64,000 nt of DNA from Trichoplax sp. H2 (lineage: Eukaryota), in NCBI GenBank assembly GCA_003344405.1, contig NOWV01000170.1, positions 1-64,000 of the forward strand, given 5' to 3'. Below the pieces are notes generated by a model. It was given only the letters and a program-made list of their open reading frames with translations, made no database searches and was not told where the DNA came from. Positions 60,801 to 64,000 of this stretch are shown piece after piece. Each line of letters begins with the position of its first letter. The first letter of the stretch is position 1. The translations under genes and the position numbers were made by a program.

Positions 60801-63718
60801 GTCGTCTTCCTCCATTAATATGGGCACGCTTACGAGAAAGCTTAGGCGATTATTTGGTCGAGCGAGGAGCGGATGGCACCCAAGTGTTTGCCTGGTATCA
60901 TCGACAATTTTCAGCTGCTGCCTCTCGAAGATATTTAACAACGGATTCTACATCATCAATACGTAATTATATATATAAAACTCTTGCAGATTATTTCTCT
61001 GATCGTTGGTATGCTGGTAAAGAATACACTGATTCAAATGGTTTAACCAGATTGTTGGATCGACATACTACTGCTCAACCATTAATTTTAACCGAAAATT
61101 CTAGAAGTCGCCAAATTGTCTACAATTTGCGTAAGATGTCGGAACTGCCTTACCATTTAATTCAATTACAAGAAATTGATCGACTAAAGCAAGATATCTT
61201 ATTTAATTTCGATTGGATCTATCATAAAATTTCAGCGACATCATTCTATCATGTTTTGGATGATTATATGGCTGCAGTAGCGGTTTTTCCTGATGATATC
61301 GAAATTAATGTAATTTATAAGACCATGAGATTATCTTCAACTGCTCTACTCGATTCTGCCTCTCACTTACCATTCCAATTATTAGGAAGGCTATCTAGTC
61401 ATCAATTAAAGCAAATCGACATAAATAACCACTTCGATCTACTACAAAAGCTAATGCAAGATGCTCATTGCAAAACGATAGATTGTATGAGGCCATCGAT
61501 TGCGTGCTTAACAGCACCTGGTGGTGCTTTAATCCAAGCAGTTATTGGCCATACTAGACGCATTAAAGTAATTGCATCAACTACTGATGGGAAACTATTA
61601 ATTACAGCCGATAACGATAAAACAGCCAAGATATGGGATAGCCAACACTTGCGGTTATTGAATAAAATTTCAGGTTTAGGGGCATTAATCCGCATTATTC
61701 CTGCATGTCAGAACGAATATTTCGTTGCTCCGTGCGTGGATAAAGTTCAAATTTGGCATATTGAATCTTGCCAATTAGCCAATGAGTTTTCTTTAAAATG
61801 GAGCTATGCAGCGGTAGTTTCTAGGAGTGATGATTCTAAATTAATATTCATGGATAATGACGATGATCATATCGTCGTATGGGATATGAGAGAAAAGAAA
61901 GAATTGGATAGATTTTGTTATTCATCTTGGTGGCAAATAAAAGATTATCGACGAGGACTTATTGGTGCTTATAAAGATATCGTTGTCCTATATGCTTTAA
62001 CTGATGAAGGCTTAAAGATTCAATGTATTAACTTTCGTACTGATGAAATTACTCTAAACATTCAGGAAGAAAAAGTAGATGTGGAAAATGGTTGTGTTAC
62101 CAGTCAAGGTCAATTAATCTTACCGTTGCAGCGAAATTTAATTAAAATCTACGATCTAAATACCAATCAGCATATTAAAGATATACCGGGAAGTTCTCTA
62201 CGCGAATTTACTGGGGAAAAGAAACATTTAATGGGGCTTGTTCAGTCTGAAAATTTATTTACCTGTACTCAAGGTAAAATTGCTTATTGGAATCTAACAT
62301 CAAGCATTAGTACTCCATTACTAGAATTGCAAGATGCTGATATACCCAATGTTATCCACTTTCTGCATAAGGAAAATGGCAATAATCACTCCTATGTCAT
62401 AGCAACAGCAAAAGGCAATTGCATCTGTTTATGGAAATGTCAGGCAAGCGATGGATTCGATTTCAATCGAGAAGCTAATCAATCTAGTACAGCTTTTAGC
62501 CCAACCCAAATTATGGCACTGTCTCCTGATCAACCGCGTTCCTCCTTAGTCAGTTATGAGGCAGAAAAACAACTTTGCACCGTATGGAACATGAATCAAC
62601 AACCCATCTTGATCCTGAAAAAAGTCAAAACTAAATTATTTAATCAGGGCTTTCTTTTCATCGATAGTAAAAGTGCTCTTGTACGTGATTATGTCATTAA
62701 TTTACAGACCCAATCGCCTATATGCCAATTACAGTGCAATCAAATCAATCCAGATACTATAGCTAAGAACAGTAAAATCATTGAAGAAAATAAATTAGCT
62801 ATCTTATCTCAAGACTGTACCAATATATTTATTTTTTCATTATCGGATGGTAAGATCGTAACAACAATTTCATTTCCTGCTAATAGTACATGCCATAAGG
62901 TTATTTATAGCGAGAATGGCCGAGTTGCTGTAACCCTAATTGGCAGTGATATCATGGCTTGGAATATCGTTGACGGTAAATTAATAGCAAAAAATACTCC
63001 CGCAACTCAACTCGATCATATTTGTTTAGACAACCAAGGCCACTATGTGGCCATGTTTAGTTATCATGGCGAAGTCAATAAAGATGGAACATCCAACTCG
63101 TTAGTCCACCTTTGGAATTTAGCCAAACAACAATTATTAACTTATAAATTAAACTACAGTCCACGAGCTGGAGGTCTGGCACTAACCAAGCAATATATTC
63201 TTGGAGGAGATAATTCTGGTGATATCTCGTTGTGGGCAACTGGTGATGGTAGTTTAGTTCAGCAACTGCATGGCCATTATCACGATGTATATAAAATAAT
63301 TATTAATCAACACGAAGATCGAATGTTGACCATGTCCGAATATGATTACGATGGTACTATCCGTTTATGGGATTTATCAGCTTTAGTTGAGTTAGCAGCA
63401 TTTCGCCCAGATTGGCGAATTGAAAGATCCAATATAGCTTTAATTGATCATGGTCAAAAAATTGTCATAACGTTAGATGGCATCAATCAGTTTATTATCG
63501 TTCAATTTCATTCTGCTGCTGTTGATGAAAATCAAATTATAACTGTATTTGAAGACGAAATTATTGATGTAAGACCAACAACTATCGACTTATCCCAAAT
63601 ACAACCTCCAAAAGATGCTGGAACAAATCAGCAATCACTGTTCCAAGCACAAGCCAAGCTAGAGAAAAAATCCAAGAAAAATCGGAAAAATGTAGCGAGA
63701 TCGTGTATACTATCATAA
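57835..63718 (+). CDS. NACHT and WD-repeat domain-containing protein (NWD1/NWD2 family; DUF4062-NACHT-WD40), 5 exons, ~1651 aa
   Basis: Exons 57835-57949, 58122-58324, 58442-58781, 58896-59635 and 60161-63718 total 4956 nt and are in frame. DUF4062-like IRIFTSSTFTDTEAERNTL...VDMRWGI, Walker A GESGSGKT, Walker B LIICLDSLDQL, YNLRKMSELPYHL, GH...WD repeats and a C-terminal CILS. Confidence 0.93.
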
Positions 63719-64000
63719 GTTAGATCTGAAGAAGTTGAAACAATATCTGACAGAGTCACAGCAATAGTAGTGAGGTAACAAACCAGATGCTGATTCTTTT
63801 CTTTTAACTACAGCATAGATTTGATTATGCAATAAAATACTGAAATAGTATTTCTTCACGGTAGATTAAATTATTTAAGATCAAGAATGATTCTTGCGTT
63901 ATTCATTCCAATAAACTGATGAAGTAATGAATAAAACTGCTAAACATATTTTCATGAAAGATAATTTGTCTTTGAAGAATTCTCCTAAATGAATTTTAAG

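Noticed and set aside
54794-61695. Antisense or alternate-frame ORFs (54794-55138, 55050-55373, 58488-58721, 60784-60966, 61465-61695)
   Set aside because: They are shadows of the RAP-like and NACHT-WD40 coding exons.

Overview
This is AT-rich eukaryotic (animal) genomic DNA with compact, intron-dense genes and two 20-N scaffold gaps (11068-11087, 18605-18624). The style suggests an early-branching invertebrate such as a placozoan, which is an inference only. The left third is gene-poor. It holds a ~10.4 kb array of a CpG-rich ~250-bp satellite arranged in ~4-kb higher-order units punctuated by a ~405-bp module, one exon of a secreted and very acidic prepropeptide, and gap-flanking duplications. 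From 23.5 kb onward there are seven spliced genes: MMUT (-), GTF3C4 (+), METTL18 (-), NDUFS1 (-), HROB (+), an LRPAP1/RAP homologue (+) and a DUF4062-NACHT-WD40 NWD-family gene (+). Four observations stand out: (1) a ~625-bp inverted duplication of the NDUFS1 3' flank that brackets the 16.6-kb MMUT-GTF3C4-METTL18 block; (2) a polybasic+CaaX prenylation tail on the NACHT-WD40 protein; (3) the acidic prepropeptide, whose mature C-terminal exon could not be located; (4) a composite inverted-repeat/tandem-core element at 46.2-47.7 kb. Exon boundaries and identities were read by eye.
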